Below, in pieces: positions 1 to 8,994 of a DNA stretch of 64,000 nucleotides (position 1 is the first letter of the stretch; every line of letters starts with the position of its first letter). Location: the NCBI GenBank assembly GCA_021296235.1, contig JAGWAS010000004.1:91534-155533 (forward strand), given 5' to 3'. A model generated the notes under the pieces. It was not told the origin of the DNA. It searched no databases and worked only from the letters and a program-made list of their open reading frames with translations. Both the position numbers and the translations under genes were made by a program. This stretch comes from Paracoccaceae bacterium (lineage in GTDB: Bacteria; Pseudomonadota; Alphaproteobacteria; Rhodobacterales; Rhodobacteraceae).

Positions 1-1
1 T

Positions 2-208
2 GGCCCCGCTGCACTTCTGCACGCATATCGCTGGCTGATCGACAGCAGGGATGAATCAACCGGCGAGCGACTTGATGATCTTGAGGACCCTTTCAAGCTC
101 TACCGGTGCCATACCATATTGAATTGTGCCCAAACCTGTCCGAAGGGTCTGAACCCGGCAAAAGCCATTGCAGAAATCAAGAAGATGATGGTCGAGCGCA
201 AGTTCTGA
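2..208 (+). CDS. sdhB: succinate dehydrogenase iron-sulfur subunit, C-terminal end (5' part outside window)
   Basis: The frame is open from the window edge to TGA at 206-208. The translation ...[40 protein letters not shown] carries the conserved C-x3-C-P cluster motif and the C-terminus typical of SdhB/FrdB. Confidence 0.85.
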   Translation, partial: GPAALLHAYRWLIDSRDESTGERLDDLEDPFKLYRCHTILNCAQTCPKGLNPAKAIAEIKKMMVERKF

Positions 209-619
209 GCAACCGGAATCCAAGTCCCGCACATATCCGGACACAACTTTCCGCACTCACCGGAAAAATCGAACACGCATGCAATGTTCCGTATGGGCCG
301 TATCGCTGTCATCGGCTGACGTTCAAATTGTCCCAATTTGCGGCAATCGCCAATCAAGGATGAAGATGTAAGCCACTTGCGCCGACAATGGCTGGGTGGG
401 TCAGTTGCCGGAACCGTTCCTTCGGAAAGGGATGATGGAAGGCCGTGCGCCAGGTGGCATGATTGCGCCTCCTGTCGCCAACGAACGGGTGGCCCTCCGT
501 TTCCCGCAACATTGCCTCAACCCAACGGCGCCTCAGGCGTGAACCTGCTCAGCCGCAAGCACGTTTCGCGGCAAGGCGAGCCATGGGCCGTTCCCAATCA
601 AGGTCGCGTTCGAAATTGA

Positions 620-831
620 TCAGGCCACCCTTGTTGAGTGAAGCGGCAGGGCCTCGGTTTCCAATGTCGAGAGATCAACGCTTCGCGATGCATGGTCAAT
701 GTCAATACCCACCACGCCTCTATCGGCATCGAAGTCGATGTTCAGGCCGTCCAACACCTCTCGTGCTTCAACGCCTGATCCGGATTTGAACTCGACATAA
801 AGGCTGCCGTTTCAGGAAGACTCAGTTTCAA
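620..831 (-). pseudogene. DUF2283-like small protein, apparently frameshifted
   Basis: The minus-strand translation LYVEFKSGSGVEAREVLDGLNIDFDADRGVVGIDIDHASRSVDLSTLE... (stop 620-622) resembles DUF2283/YuzE-like proteins. The matching N-terminus (TTG at 831: MKLSLPETAA) is in another frame, with the junction near 795-806. Confidence 0.3.
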
Positions 832-1026
832 TTGAATGGACGAACCAGATGTTCTTTCAGTCGAAGATTGTCCTGCCTGATCAGTTTGGGTGAATCCGGC
901 TGACTGTTCGAAAACCGGGGTTGGCAAGCCTCCGTCAACGGGCTGAACAGGGCCATTGTCGGTTTCGACGGCTCGGGTTATTCATTAACCTGTCCGCCAC
1001 CTGCCGCCGGGGGAATCCACACTGGG

Positions 1027-2031
1027 ATGAAGCACTTGGCCAATCTTGCCGTCGTCGACGAACATTCAGGACCCAATCCCGGAAGATTCAGGAATCCGGG
1101 CACCGGCCTTGATTTCGATTGGATACGCAGCGTTCAGGTAAACCGGAGCGCGCTGGAACGAAGAACCTCGTCCCTTGCCGGCAGGCGAAGCATCAAGCGG
1201 GAATGGCAGGTTGCGTGGCTGCTGAAGGCGGTTACACTCATTGATCTTACGACATTGGCCGGCGACGACACGGAAGAGCGGGTTCGCAGGCTGGCGGCAA
1301 AGGCACGAAATCCCCTTCGCGCAGACCTCCTGGAGGCCGTCGGAATGCAGCAAAACGAAGTCATCACCGCTGCAGTGTGCGTCTATCATGAATTTGTGCA
1401 GTGCTGCGCAGATGCCCTTGCGGGAACCGGGATCAGAACGGCGGCGGTTTCAACGGGATTTCCGGCAGGGCAATCGCCCTACGGGCTTAGGCTGGCCGAG
1501 ATCGGAGAGTCGGTTCGCGCCGGGGCCGACGAAATCGACATCGTCATCTCGCGCCGCCATGCGCTGGCCGGAAATTGGAAGGCGCTTTACACCGAGCTTT
1601 GTGAGTTTCGCGAGGCTGCGGAAGGAAAGTGCATGAAGGCGATTCTTGCGACAGGGGAACTTGGCACGCTTCGAAATGTGTCGAGGGCCGCACTGGTCTG
1701 CATGATGGCCGGTGCAGACTTCGTAAAGACGTCCACCGGCAAGGAAAAGGTCAACGCCACCCTGCCCGTGTCATTGGCGATGATGCGCACAATCCGGGAT
1801 TATCACTGCAGGACGGGGTTTCGGGTCGGCTTTAAACCCGCAGGCGGGATTTCAACCGCAAAGGACGCACTCGCTTGGCTTACGCTGGTCAAGGAGGAAC
1901 TGGGAAAGGAATGGATGTCGCCTGATCTCTTTCGTTTTGGCGCGTCCAGCCTTCTCGGCGACATTGAACGGCAAATCGAGCATTTCGTCACCGGCAGATA
2001 CTCGGTGCATCACAATCACCCGCTCGGCTGA
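1027..2031 (+). CDS. deoC: deoxyribose-phosphate aldolase, long DERA (type 2) form
   Basis: 334-aa ORF with KREWQVAWLLKAVTLIDLTTL, GFPAGQ, DEIDIVI, KAILATGELG, FVKTSTGKE (Schiff-base Lys region) and GFKPAGGI. Length and N-terminus resemble the eukaryote/actinobacterial-type DERA rather than the short E. coli DeoC. Confidence 0.9.
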   Translation: MKHLANLAVVDEHSGPNPGRFRNPGTGLDFDWIRSVQVNRSALERRTSSLAGRRSIKREWQVAWLLKAVTLIDLTTLAGDDTEERVRRLAAKARNPLRADLLEAVGMQQNEVITAAVCVYHEFVQCCADALAGTGIRTAAVSTGFPAGQSPYGLRLAEIGESVRAGADEIDIVISRRHALAGNWKALYTELCEFREAAEGKCMKAILATGELGTLRNVSRAALVCMMAGADFVKTSTGKEKVNATLPVSLAMMRTIRDYHCRTGFRVGFKPAGGISTAKDALAWLTLVKEELGKEWMSPDLFRFGASSLLGDIERQIEHFVTGRYSVHHNHPLG

Positions 2032-2034
2032 CAG

Positions 2035-4413
2035 ATGAACGTCCTCAGCAAATTCCACAGCATGGAATACGGCCCGGCACCCGAGAGCGATCGACCGGCA
2101 ACCGAATGGCTGGATGCCCATGGCCGTTCATTTGGTCATTTCATCGACGGAAGATTCACCGGCACAGCCGGCGGCAAGACGTTCGTCAGCCGGAATCCGG
2201 CAACCGGAGAAGTTCTTGCATCGATTGCGCAGGCAACCGAACGGGATGTCGACGATGCTGTGGCGGCTGCGCGCCGCGCCCTTCCGGACTGGCAGCAACG
2301 CGGTCCGGGTTTTCGGTCGCGATGCCTCTATGCGCTTTCCCGGTCAATTCAGAAGCACAGCAGACTGATTGCCGTCCTTGAGTCCCTCGACAACGGCAAG
2401 CCGATACGGGAGTCCCGAGACATCGACATCCCGCTTGCCTCGCGACACTTCCACTACCATGCAGGGTCTGCCCAACTGATGGCATCGGAAATGGCCGACA
2501 GGATTCCTGTTGGAGTATGCGGACAGATAATTCCGTGGAATTTTCCGTTGCTGATGGCGTCCTGGAAAATTGCCCCCGCAATTGCGGTTGGAAACACGGC
2601 GGTTCTCAAGCCGGCGGAATACACACCCCTCACTGCAATTCTGCTTGCGGAATTATCCGCGCAAGCCGGAATTCCTCCTGGCGTGATCAACATCATCAAT
2701 GGGGATGGGTGCGCAGGTGAATTGATTGTTGGCCACCCCGGCATCGACAAAATTGCATTTACCGGTTCAACCGAGGTCGGTCGGCAAATTCGCAGGAACA
2801 CGGCTGGTTCCGAAATTTCACTGACGCTTGAGCTCGGCGGCAAGTCACCGTTCATCGTATTTGACGATGCCGATCTTGATTCTGCGGTTGAGGGTCTCGT
2901 CGATGCCATTTGGTTCAACCAGGGTGAAGTCTGCTGCGCCGGATCCCGGCTGCTGGTTGGTGAAGGCATTGCCGGGGAATTCCATACCCGGATCAGGGAA
3001 CGAATGACCAAATTGCGTGTTGGTGACCCTCTGGACAAGTGCATCGACATCGGAGCCATCGCCGATCAGTCCCAGTTGGCCAGAATCTCGGAAATGGTGA
3101 GGGAATGCGCCGGACAGGACTGCCATGTCCATACGGCACCGGTTGCGTTGCCGGAAACAGGTTGCTTTTATCCGCCAACACTGATCACCGGTTTGACGAC
3201 CTCCTCGCGATTGATGCAGGAAGAGATATTCGGGCCCGTCTTGGTCAGCGCCACATTCAGGACGCCTGCCGAAGCGATTGAGCTTGCCAACAACACCCGA
3301 TACGGATTGGCTGCTTCGGTCTGGACCGAGAACATAAACCTTGGATTGGACATCGCTCCCAAGCTCGACTGCGGAGTGGTTTGGATAAATTCGACCAACC
3401 TTTTCGATGCTGCCGCCGGGTTTGGAGGGCGTCGCGAATCCGGCTTTGGCCGGGAGGGCGGCTGGGAGGGTCTGCGCGAATACACCAAACCGGCGGGCAG
3501 GCCGTCCGAAGTGCCGCCGCGACGCGTTCGGCGGCGCAAGGAAGTAACCGCCAGGGTTGATTCAACTGGCATCGACCGAACGCCGAAGCAGTATGTCGGA
3601 GGAAAGCAGGTCAGGCCCGACAGTGGATTGTCATACCCAGTGCAGTCCCCCGAAGGTGAAATTCTTGGTCACGTTCCGCTCGGAAACAGGAAGGATGTGC
3701 GAAACGCCGTGGAAGCAGCACGGGGGGCAACAAATTGGCCTGCGATGTCTGGCCATCAGCGCGCCCAGATCATGCATTTCATCGCGGAAAACCTTGCTGC
3801 AAGGAAAGACGAATTCGTCGGAAGGATCGTGCAGCAGTCGGGAATTTCCGGCAAGGATGCAAAAGTTGAGGTCGAAGCCAGCTTGGACCGGCTTTTCACT
3901 TACGCAGCTTGGGCCGACAAGTTCGACGGAAATGTCCATTCGGTCCCGGTTCGCGGCGTCGTTTTGGCCATGCGGGAACCGATCGGCGCGGTGGGAGTGC
4001 TGTGCCCCGAAGATTTTCCGCTACTTGGGCTCGTTTCTCTGATGGCCCCGCTGATCTCAATGGGCAACACATGCGTGCTCGTTCCGTCTGAGAGGCAACC
4101 CCTTTCGGCAACCGATCTTTGCCAAGTGTTGGACACTTCCGATCTGCCAGCCGGTGTGGTCAACGTAATAGCCGGTCGCCGCAGTGATCTGGCAGCAACC
4201 CTTGCCGGACATGACGGCATTAATGCCGTCTGGCATTTCGGAGGCGCAGGTCTGTCCAAAACCATCGAAATGGAGTCCGCCGGCAACCTTAAGCGCACCT
4301 GGGTCGACAATGACCGAACCAGAAACTGGCTCAACCGGGATGAAGGCGAAGGGCGGGAGTTTCTGCATCACGCGACCGACGTCAAGAACATCTGGATTCC
4401 CTATGGCGAATAG
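2035..4413 (+). CDS. two-domain aldehyde dehydrogenase (complete ALDH fused to a truncated second ALDH-like domain)
   Basis: 792-aa ORF starting 4 nt after the deoC stop. Residues 1 to about 490 carry ALDH hallmarks (IIPWNFPLLM, FTGSTEVG, LELGGKSP, EVCCAGSR catalytic Cys). After an Arg-rich linker, residues from about 520 to 792 again look like an ALDH NAD-binding half (CPEDFPLLGL..., GVVNVIAG). This second half ends about 45 aa after the position equivalent to ELGGKSP, so no second catalytic Cys region is present. Confidence 0.85.
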   Translation: MNVLSKFHSMEYGPAPESDRPATEWLDAHGRSFGHFIDGRFTGTAGGKTFVSRNPATGEVLASIAQATERDVDDAVAAARRALPDWQQRGPGFRSRCLYALSRSIQKHSRLIAVLESLDNGKPIRESRDIDIPLASRHFHYHAGSAQLMASEMADRIPVGVCGQIIPWNFPLLMASWKIAPAIAVGNTAVLKPAEYTPLTAILLAELSAQAGIPPGVINIINGDGCAGELIVGHPGIDKIAFTGSTEVGRQIRRNTAGSEISLTLELGGKSPFIVFDDADLDSAVEGLVDAIWFNQGEVCCAGSRLLVGEGIAGEFHTRIRERMTKLRVGDPLDKCIDIGAIADQSQLARISEMVRECAGQDCHVHTAPVALPETGCFYPPTLITGLTTSSRLMQEEIFGPVLVSATFRTPAEAIELANNTRYGLAASVWTENINLGLDIAPKLDCGVVWINSTNLFDAAAGFGGRRESGFGREGGWEGLREYTKPAGRPSEVPPRRVRRRKEVTARVDSTGIDRTPKQYVGGKQVRPDSGLSYPVQSPEGEILGHVPLGNRKDVRNAVEAARGATNWPAMSGHQRAQIMHFIAENLAARKDEFVGRIVQQSGISGKDAKVEVEASLDRLFTYAAWADKFDGNVHSVPVRGVVLAMREPIGAVGVLCPEDFPLLGLVSLMAPLISMGNTCVLVPSERQPLSATDLCQVLDTSDLPAGVVNVIAGRRSDLAATLAGHDGINAVWHFGGAGLSKTIEMESAGNLKRTWVDNDRTRNWLNRDEGEGREFLHHATDVKNIWIPYGE

Positions 4414-4473
4414 TTGGGGTTTGCGCTCCGGCAAATTCAGTCCGCGAGAATGCGGTTGCGCCGCCCATTGAGC

Positions 4474-5910
4474 ATGCAGCTGGGCATTGACCTCGGAACT
4501 TCCGCCGTCAAGGTGGTTGCCTGCCGCAACCGCCGGATTATCGCCACCTCCTCGGCAGCACTTTCGACTGATTCGCCAAAGCCGGGATGGAGCGAGCAGG
4601 ATCCATCCCGGTGGTTGGATGCGCTGCTTGCGGCAACCCGCCGCCTCTTGTCGGCACCGGAAGTTGACGGTGCAGAGATCGACTGCATCGGATTGTCGGG
4701 ACAAATGCACGGTGCCGTGCTGCTTGATCGCGAAGGATCGGTCCTGCGGCCCTGCATCCTGTGGAACGACAACCGCTCGCACGACGACTGCACGGAACTG
4801 TCTCGTCGGGTTCCTCGGATCGGTCAACTGGCCGGGGTACCTCCCCTTCCGGGTTTCACTGCCCCAAAGCTCATGTGGGTTGCGCGCAATGAGCCGGAAA
4901 TCCACGCCCGAATTGCGCATGTGCTGTTGCCAAAGGATTTCCTTGGGCTCCTGCTTCACGGGAACTTTGTTACCGATTCATCTGACGCCGCGGGCACGCT
5001 TTGGCTGGATCAACGGGCTCGACGCTGGTCCGGCGAGCTTTGCCAAGCAAGCGCCACTCGTACAGAATGGCTGCCAACGATACTCGACGGCAACAATGTG
5101 GCCGGATCTCTTCGACCCGGCCCGGCAAAGTCATTGGGTTTGAAGCCGAACATCCCAATTGTCGCTGGCGGCGGCGACGCAGCGACCGGAGCTGTTGCGG
5201 TCGGTGCAACCGAGGCCGGCAGGGGATTTATTTCCCTGGGAACATCCGGCCAGTTGTTTGTGGCAACCGGCGACTATGTCCCGAATCCGGAACGATACGT
5301 CCACGCCTTTGCCCACACGGTTCCCGAAAGATGGTACCAAATGGCCGCCATGCTTAACGGTTCACGCCCGTTGAGTTGGCTGTCCACAATCCTTGGCTGC
5401 AGCGTCTCCGATATCCTTGAAAGGGCAACTGCGGCAGAACCTGACCGTGTACCGCTGTTCCTCCCCTATCTGACTGGCGAGAGAAGTCCGCATGGCGACC
5501 CCAACATACGCGGCGCCTTTTACGGGCTGGAGGACAGCACCGACGCCGCGGCCGTTTGCCGTTCGGTTGTCGAGGCCATTGCCTTTACCTTTGCCGACGC
5601 CGCTGACAGTTTCGGCCAGCAGTTTGGGAGCGTCCCGCACCTCTTTGCAATCGGCGGCGGCGCGAGGAGCGCTCTGCTGCTGCAGTTGATTTCGGACGCA
5701 ACGGGCAAAACAATCCTGAAGGCAGACAACGCCGAAGGGGGTCCTGCCCTCGGCGCGGCGATTCTTGCCACATTGCGGGAAACCCGAACCGCAAAGCCGG
5801 TGCAGCCGCCTGAAGCTGCAGCGCAATTCAATCCCCAACCGAGTCCGGCAATGATCGAAAGACTCGCGAGGTTCCGCTCGCTCTATTTGTCCCTGAAGGA
5901 AATCCGTTAA
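4474..5910 (+). CDS. xylB: FGGY-family carbohydrate kinase, xylulokinase-like
   Basis: ATG at 4474 gives MQLGIDLGTSAVKVV..., with WSEQDPSRW, ILWNDNRS, GGGDAATGAVAVG and FAIGGGARS, the typical XylB/FGGY motifs. The ORF-track start at 4414 adds a non-homologous leader. Confidence 0.8.
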   Translation: MQLGIDLGTSAVKVVACRNRRIIATSSAALSTDSPKPGWSEQDPSRWLDALLAATRRLLSAPEVDGAEIDCIGLSGQMHGAVLLDREGSVLRPCILWNDNRSHDDCTELSRRVPRIGQLAGVPPLPGFTAPKLMWVARNEPEIHARIAHVLLPKDFLGLLLHGNFVTDSSDAAGTLWLDQRARRWSGELCQASATRTEWLPTILDGNNVAGSLRPGPAKSLGLKPNIPIVAGGGDAATGAVAVGATEAGRGFISLGTSGQLFVATGDYVPNPERYVHAFAHTVPERWYQMAAMLNGSRPLSWLSTILGCSVSDILERATAAEPDRVPLFLPYLTGERSPHGDPNIRGAFYGLEDSTDAAAVCRSVVEAIAFTFADAADSFGQQFGSVPHLFAIGGGARSALLLQLISDATGKTILKADNAEGGPALGAAILATLRETRTAKPVQPPEAAAQFNPQPSPAMIERLARFRSLYLSLKEIR

Positions 5911-6677
5911 GCGGCTTCGGCAGGAGGTTCCTTGGCCCCGGTCATGAACGCGACCGCATCCGACATCCTGTATTCCTGCGGATTGATAACACAGAGCCTT
6001 TTGCCCAACCTGTGAATGTGAATTCGATCGGCAACCTCAAAGACATGTGGCATGTTGTGACTGATGAGGATGATCGGGATTCCCCGTGATTGCACATCCT
6101 TGATCAATTCAAGCACCCGCCGACTTTCCTTCACACCCAGTGCGGCTGTGGGCTCGTCCATGATTATGATCTTTGATCCGAACGCCGCGGCCCGCGCCAC
6201 GGCTATGCCCTGCCGCTGACCGCCCGAGAGCGTTTCGACGGCTTGGTTGATGTTCTGAATCGTCATCAATCCGAGCTCGGAGAGCTTCTCCCTGGCGACG
6301 GTCTCCATTCTTTTTCGATCCAACTGGCGAAACAGCGTGCCGCGCAGCCCGGGTTTCCGCAATTCGCGCCCCATGAACATGTTGTCGGCGATCGACAGTG
6401 CCGGCGACATGGCCAGCGTTTGGTAGACAGTCTCGATGCCGGCCGCTCTCGCCTCAATCGGAGAGCGGAAGCTGACCTCCTCTCCCTCCAGTTCGACGGT
6501 TCCCTCGTCAGGGTCCACTGCCCCGGAAATCGCCTTGATGAGCGTTGACTTGCCGGCGCCGTTGTCGCCGATGACACCAAGCACCTCTCCGGGAAGAAGA
6601 TCGAAATCGCAGGCGTCAAGAGCGGTTACGCGCCCGTACCGCTTCACGAGCCCCCTGGCCTTCAGGACAGGTTTCAT
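5907..6677 (-). CDS. sugar ABC transporter ATP-binding protein (single cassette, FrcA-like)
   Basis: MKPVLKARGLVKRYGRVTALD..GDNGAGKST (Walker A), LSGGQRQ signature and IIIMDEPTAAL (Walker B). Its ATG overlaps the stop of the upstream permease (ATGA at 6674-6677). The 3' end overlaps the xylB stop by 4 nt (convergent). Confidence 0.9.
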   Translation of the reverse strand: MKPVLKARGLVKRYGRVTALDACDFDLLPGEVLGVIGDNGAGKSTLIKAISGAVDPDEGTVELEGEEVSFRSPIEARAAGIETVYQTLAMSPALSIADNMFMGRELRKPGLRGTLFRQLDRKRMETVAREKLSELGLMTIQNINQAVETLSGGQRQGIAVARAAAFGSKIIIMDEPTAALGVKESRRVLELIKDVQSRGIPIILISHNMPHVFEVADRIHIHRLGKRLCVINPQEYRMSDAVAFMTGAKEPPAEAA

Positions 6678-7738
6678 CAGGCCGCCACCTTTCTGATCCA
6701 CTGATCGACGGCAACCGCCGCAATGATCAACACTCCGATCAGCAGGAAGGTCCACTGGGCGTCAGCACCGGAAAGCCGAAGGCCGAGTGTGAAGACCCCA
6801 ACGATCAGTGCTCCAAAGAATGCACCGAGAATGGAGCCGCGTCCCCCGAAAAGTGAAATTCCGCCAATCACGACGGCCGTTATGGATTCAATGTTCAGAA
6901 GTTGTCCTGATGTTGGGGAAACCGATCCAATGCGCCCAATCAGCGCCCAGCCGGCGAGGGCGCAAATGAAACCGGCAACGGCATAGACGGAAATCAGAGT
7001 CCGCTTGACGTTGACGCCGGACAATTCCGCTGCCTCCGGATCATCGCCGACCGCGTAGACATGCCGCCCCCAGGCCGTGTGCCGCAGGACATAGGACAAT
7101 ACCACCACGAGGATCACCATCAGGATAACGCCATAGGTAAAGACCGCTCCGCCAAGCTTGAATTTCGATCCCAGCAGTTGCAGGAGCGGTGCCTGGGCTG
7201 CAATATCCTGGCTGCGAATGGTTTCGTTTGCGGAGTAGAGAAAATTCGCCGCCAGCACGATTTGCCAGGTTCCGAGTGTAACAATGAAGGGCGGCAGCTT
7301 CATGACCGCGACCAGCCATCCGTTTCCAATCCCGATCAGGGTTCCAAACAAAAGACCGAACGCGACAGACAGTTCAACCGGCAATCCGTAACGGAACGTG
7401 AACTGCCCCATCACCACCGAGGAGATGACGGCGATTGCACCGACCGAAAGATCAATGCCGGCGGTAAGTATCACCAGTGATTGAGCGGCGGCGACGATTC
7501 CGACAATTTGGACCTGCTGGAGTATCAACGTCAGGGCGAACGGCGAAAAGAACTTCTTGCCGAGAAAAAGGCCAAACACAAGAATCGCTGCGACAAGCAC
7601 AATCAGGGGCACCAGGGCCGGAATCGTGTGCAACGCGTGGTGGATCCTTGTGATCAACCCCTTGGAGTCTTCGTCGAAGGAGGCAACCTCGTTGGCGGCT
7701 TCCGCCGTTGCTGCCTCGAAATCGCTCGAATTGGACAT
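6677..7738 (-). CDS. sugar ABC transporter permease (FrcC/RbsC-like)
   Basis: 353-aa polytopic membrane ORF with a branched-chain/monosaccharide (BPD type 2) permease look. It sits between the SBP and ATPase genes on the same strand. Confidence 0.85.
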   Translation of the reverse strand: MSNSSDFEAATAEAANEVASFDEDSKGLITRIHHALHTIPALVPLIVLVAAILVFGLFLGKKFFSPFALTLILQQVQIVGIVAAAQSLVILTAGIDLSVGAIAVISSVVMGQFTFRYGLPVELSVAFGLLFGTLIGIGNGWLVAVMKLPPFIVTLGTWQIVLAANFLYSANETIRSQDIAAQAPLLQLLGSKFKLGGAVFTYGVILMVILVVVLSYVLRHTAWGRHVYAVGDDPEAAELSGVNVKRTLISVYAVAGFICALAGWALIGRIGSVSPTSGQLLNIESITAVVIGGISLFGGRGSILGAFFGALIVGVFTLGLRLSGADAQWTFLLIGVLIIAAVAVDQWIRKVAA

Positions 7739-7764
7739 GCCCTGCTCCGGGAACTTATCAGTTC

Positions 7765-7797
7765 AAAAAAGGGGGCGGGCCCGCTGCCCGCCCCCTT
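7765..7797 (-). terminator. GC-rich stem-loop plus U-tract between SBP and permease genes (partial terminator / mRNA stabiliser)
   Basis: aagggggcgggc (7769-7780) pairs perfectly with gcccgccccctt (7786-7797) across a 5-nt loop. On the transcribed (minus) strand it is followed by TTTT. It lies between the SBP stop (7830) and the permease start (7738). Confidence 0.55.
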
Positions 7798-7829
7798 CCG
7801 TTTAAACCCCAAGGAGCTATGCAGTCAAT

Positions 7830-8846
7830 TCAACCCCAGCAAAGGCTGGTGCCTTCACTCGAATCTATCGACTCGACGCCATCCACCGGCTGGTTCGTTA
7901 CCAGCGCGACACCGGTGTCAAAGAAGTCCTTGCCGGGCGTGTTCGCCGGCTTGGTGCCATCCTTGGCCCAGGCAACGATCGCTTCGATGCCCTTGGAAGC
8001 CATCAGGAGCGGATATTGCTGCGAAGTGGCGCCGATGACACCGGCTTCAACATTGGCAACGCCCGGGCAACCGCCGTCAACCGAAACGATAAGCACATCA
8101 TTCTCGCGTCCGATCGCCTTGAGCGCCTCATAGGCACCCGCGGCCGCCGGTTCATTGATCGTGTAGACAACATTGACCATCGGATCCACGGCAAGAAGGT
8201 TCTCCATCGCCCTTCGGCCACCCTCTTCGTTGCCGGCGGTAACATCATGGCCGACGATGCGAGAATCATCTTCGTCGCCCCACTTGTTCGGATCGGCAAG
8301 ATCAATGCCGAATCCCTGCATGAAACCCTGATCGCGCAGCACACCGACCGTTGGTTGCGACACGGCGAGGTCAAGCATGGCGATCCTGGCATTGGCCGCA
8401 TCATCGCCAAGCGCCGCCGCCGCCCAGGCCCCAATCAGTTCACCGGCGAGGAAGTTGTCCGTGGCGAATGTCATGTCCGCGGCATTGATCGGATCAAGCG
8501 GCGTGTCGAGCGCGATCACGACAAGACCGGCCTCTCGCGCCTGCTGGACAGCGGGAACAATGGAGCTTGTGTCCGACGCAGTCAGCAGGATTCCCTTGGC
8601 CCCGTCTGCAATGCAAGTTTCAATGGCTGCCACTTGGGTTTCGTGGTCGCCATCAATCTTTCCGGCATAGGTCGAAAGATCAACGCCGAGTTCCTCTGAC
8701 TTGGCGAGCGCTCCCTCCCTCATCTTGACGAAGAACGGGTTGGTGTCGGTCTTGGTTATCAGGCATGCCTTGATGTCTTCTGCACCGGCCACCGAACCGG
8801 AAACACACATCATTGCCAAGGCACTGCCGGCAAGCAATTTTCTCAT
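7830..8846 (-). CDS. periplasmic sugar-binding protein (FrcB/RbsB-like, ABC SBP)
   Basis: ATG at 8846 is preceded by AAGGAGGAAAGAG. Signal peptide [22 protein letters not shown]. The body resembles periplasmic-binding-protein type I sugar receptors. Confidence 0.85.
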   Translation of the reverse strand: MRKLLAGSALAMMCVSGSVAGAEDIKACLITKTDTNPFFVKMREGALAKSEELGVDLSTYAGKIDGDHETQVAAIETCIADGAKGILLTASDTSSIVPAVQQAREAGLVVIALDTPLDPINAADMTFATDNFLAGELIGAWAAAALGDDAANARIAMLDLAVSQPTVGVLRDQGFMQGFGIDLADPNKWGDEDDSRIVGHDVTAGNEEGGRRAMENLLAVDPMVNVVYTINEPAAAGAYEALKAIGRENDVLIVSVDGGCPGVANVEAGVIGATSQQYPLLMASKGIEAIVAWAKDGTKPANTPGKDFFDTGVALVTNQPVDGVESIDSSEGTSLCWG

Positions 8847-8938
8847 CTCTTTCCTCCTTGATTGCCACCTTTGACGAAAACCGTCGAGGTTTCCGAAGCT
8901 GCAAGTGAATATACGATAGGAAATTGAAGTCAATAAAT

Positions 8939-8953
8939 AAATCACTTTGATTT
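8939..8953. promoter_or_regulatory. 15-bp palindrome AAATCActtTGATTT in the divergent SBP/ROK promoter region (candidate operator)
   Basis: A perfect 6-bp inverted repeat sits in the AT-rich 148-bp spacer between the two divergent start codons (8846 and 8995). Confidence 0.3.
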
Positions 8954-8994
8954 ACTAATTGCCTGTGTGCGGAATTCGGAATAGGAACCCGCCC

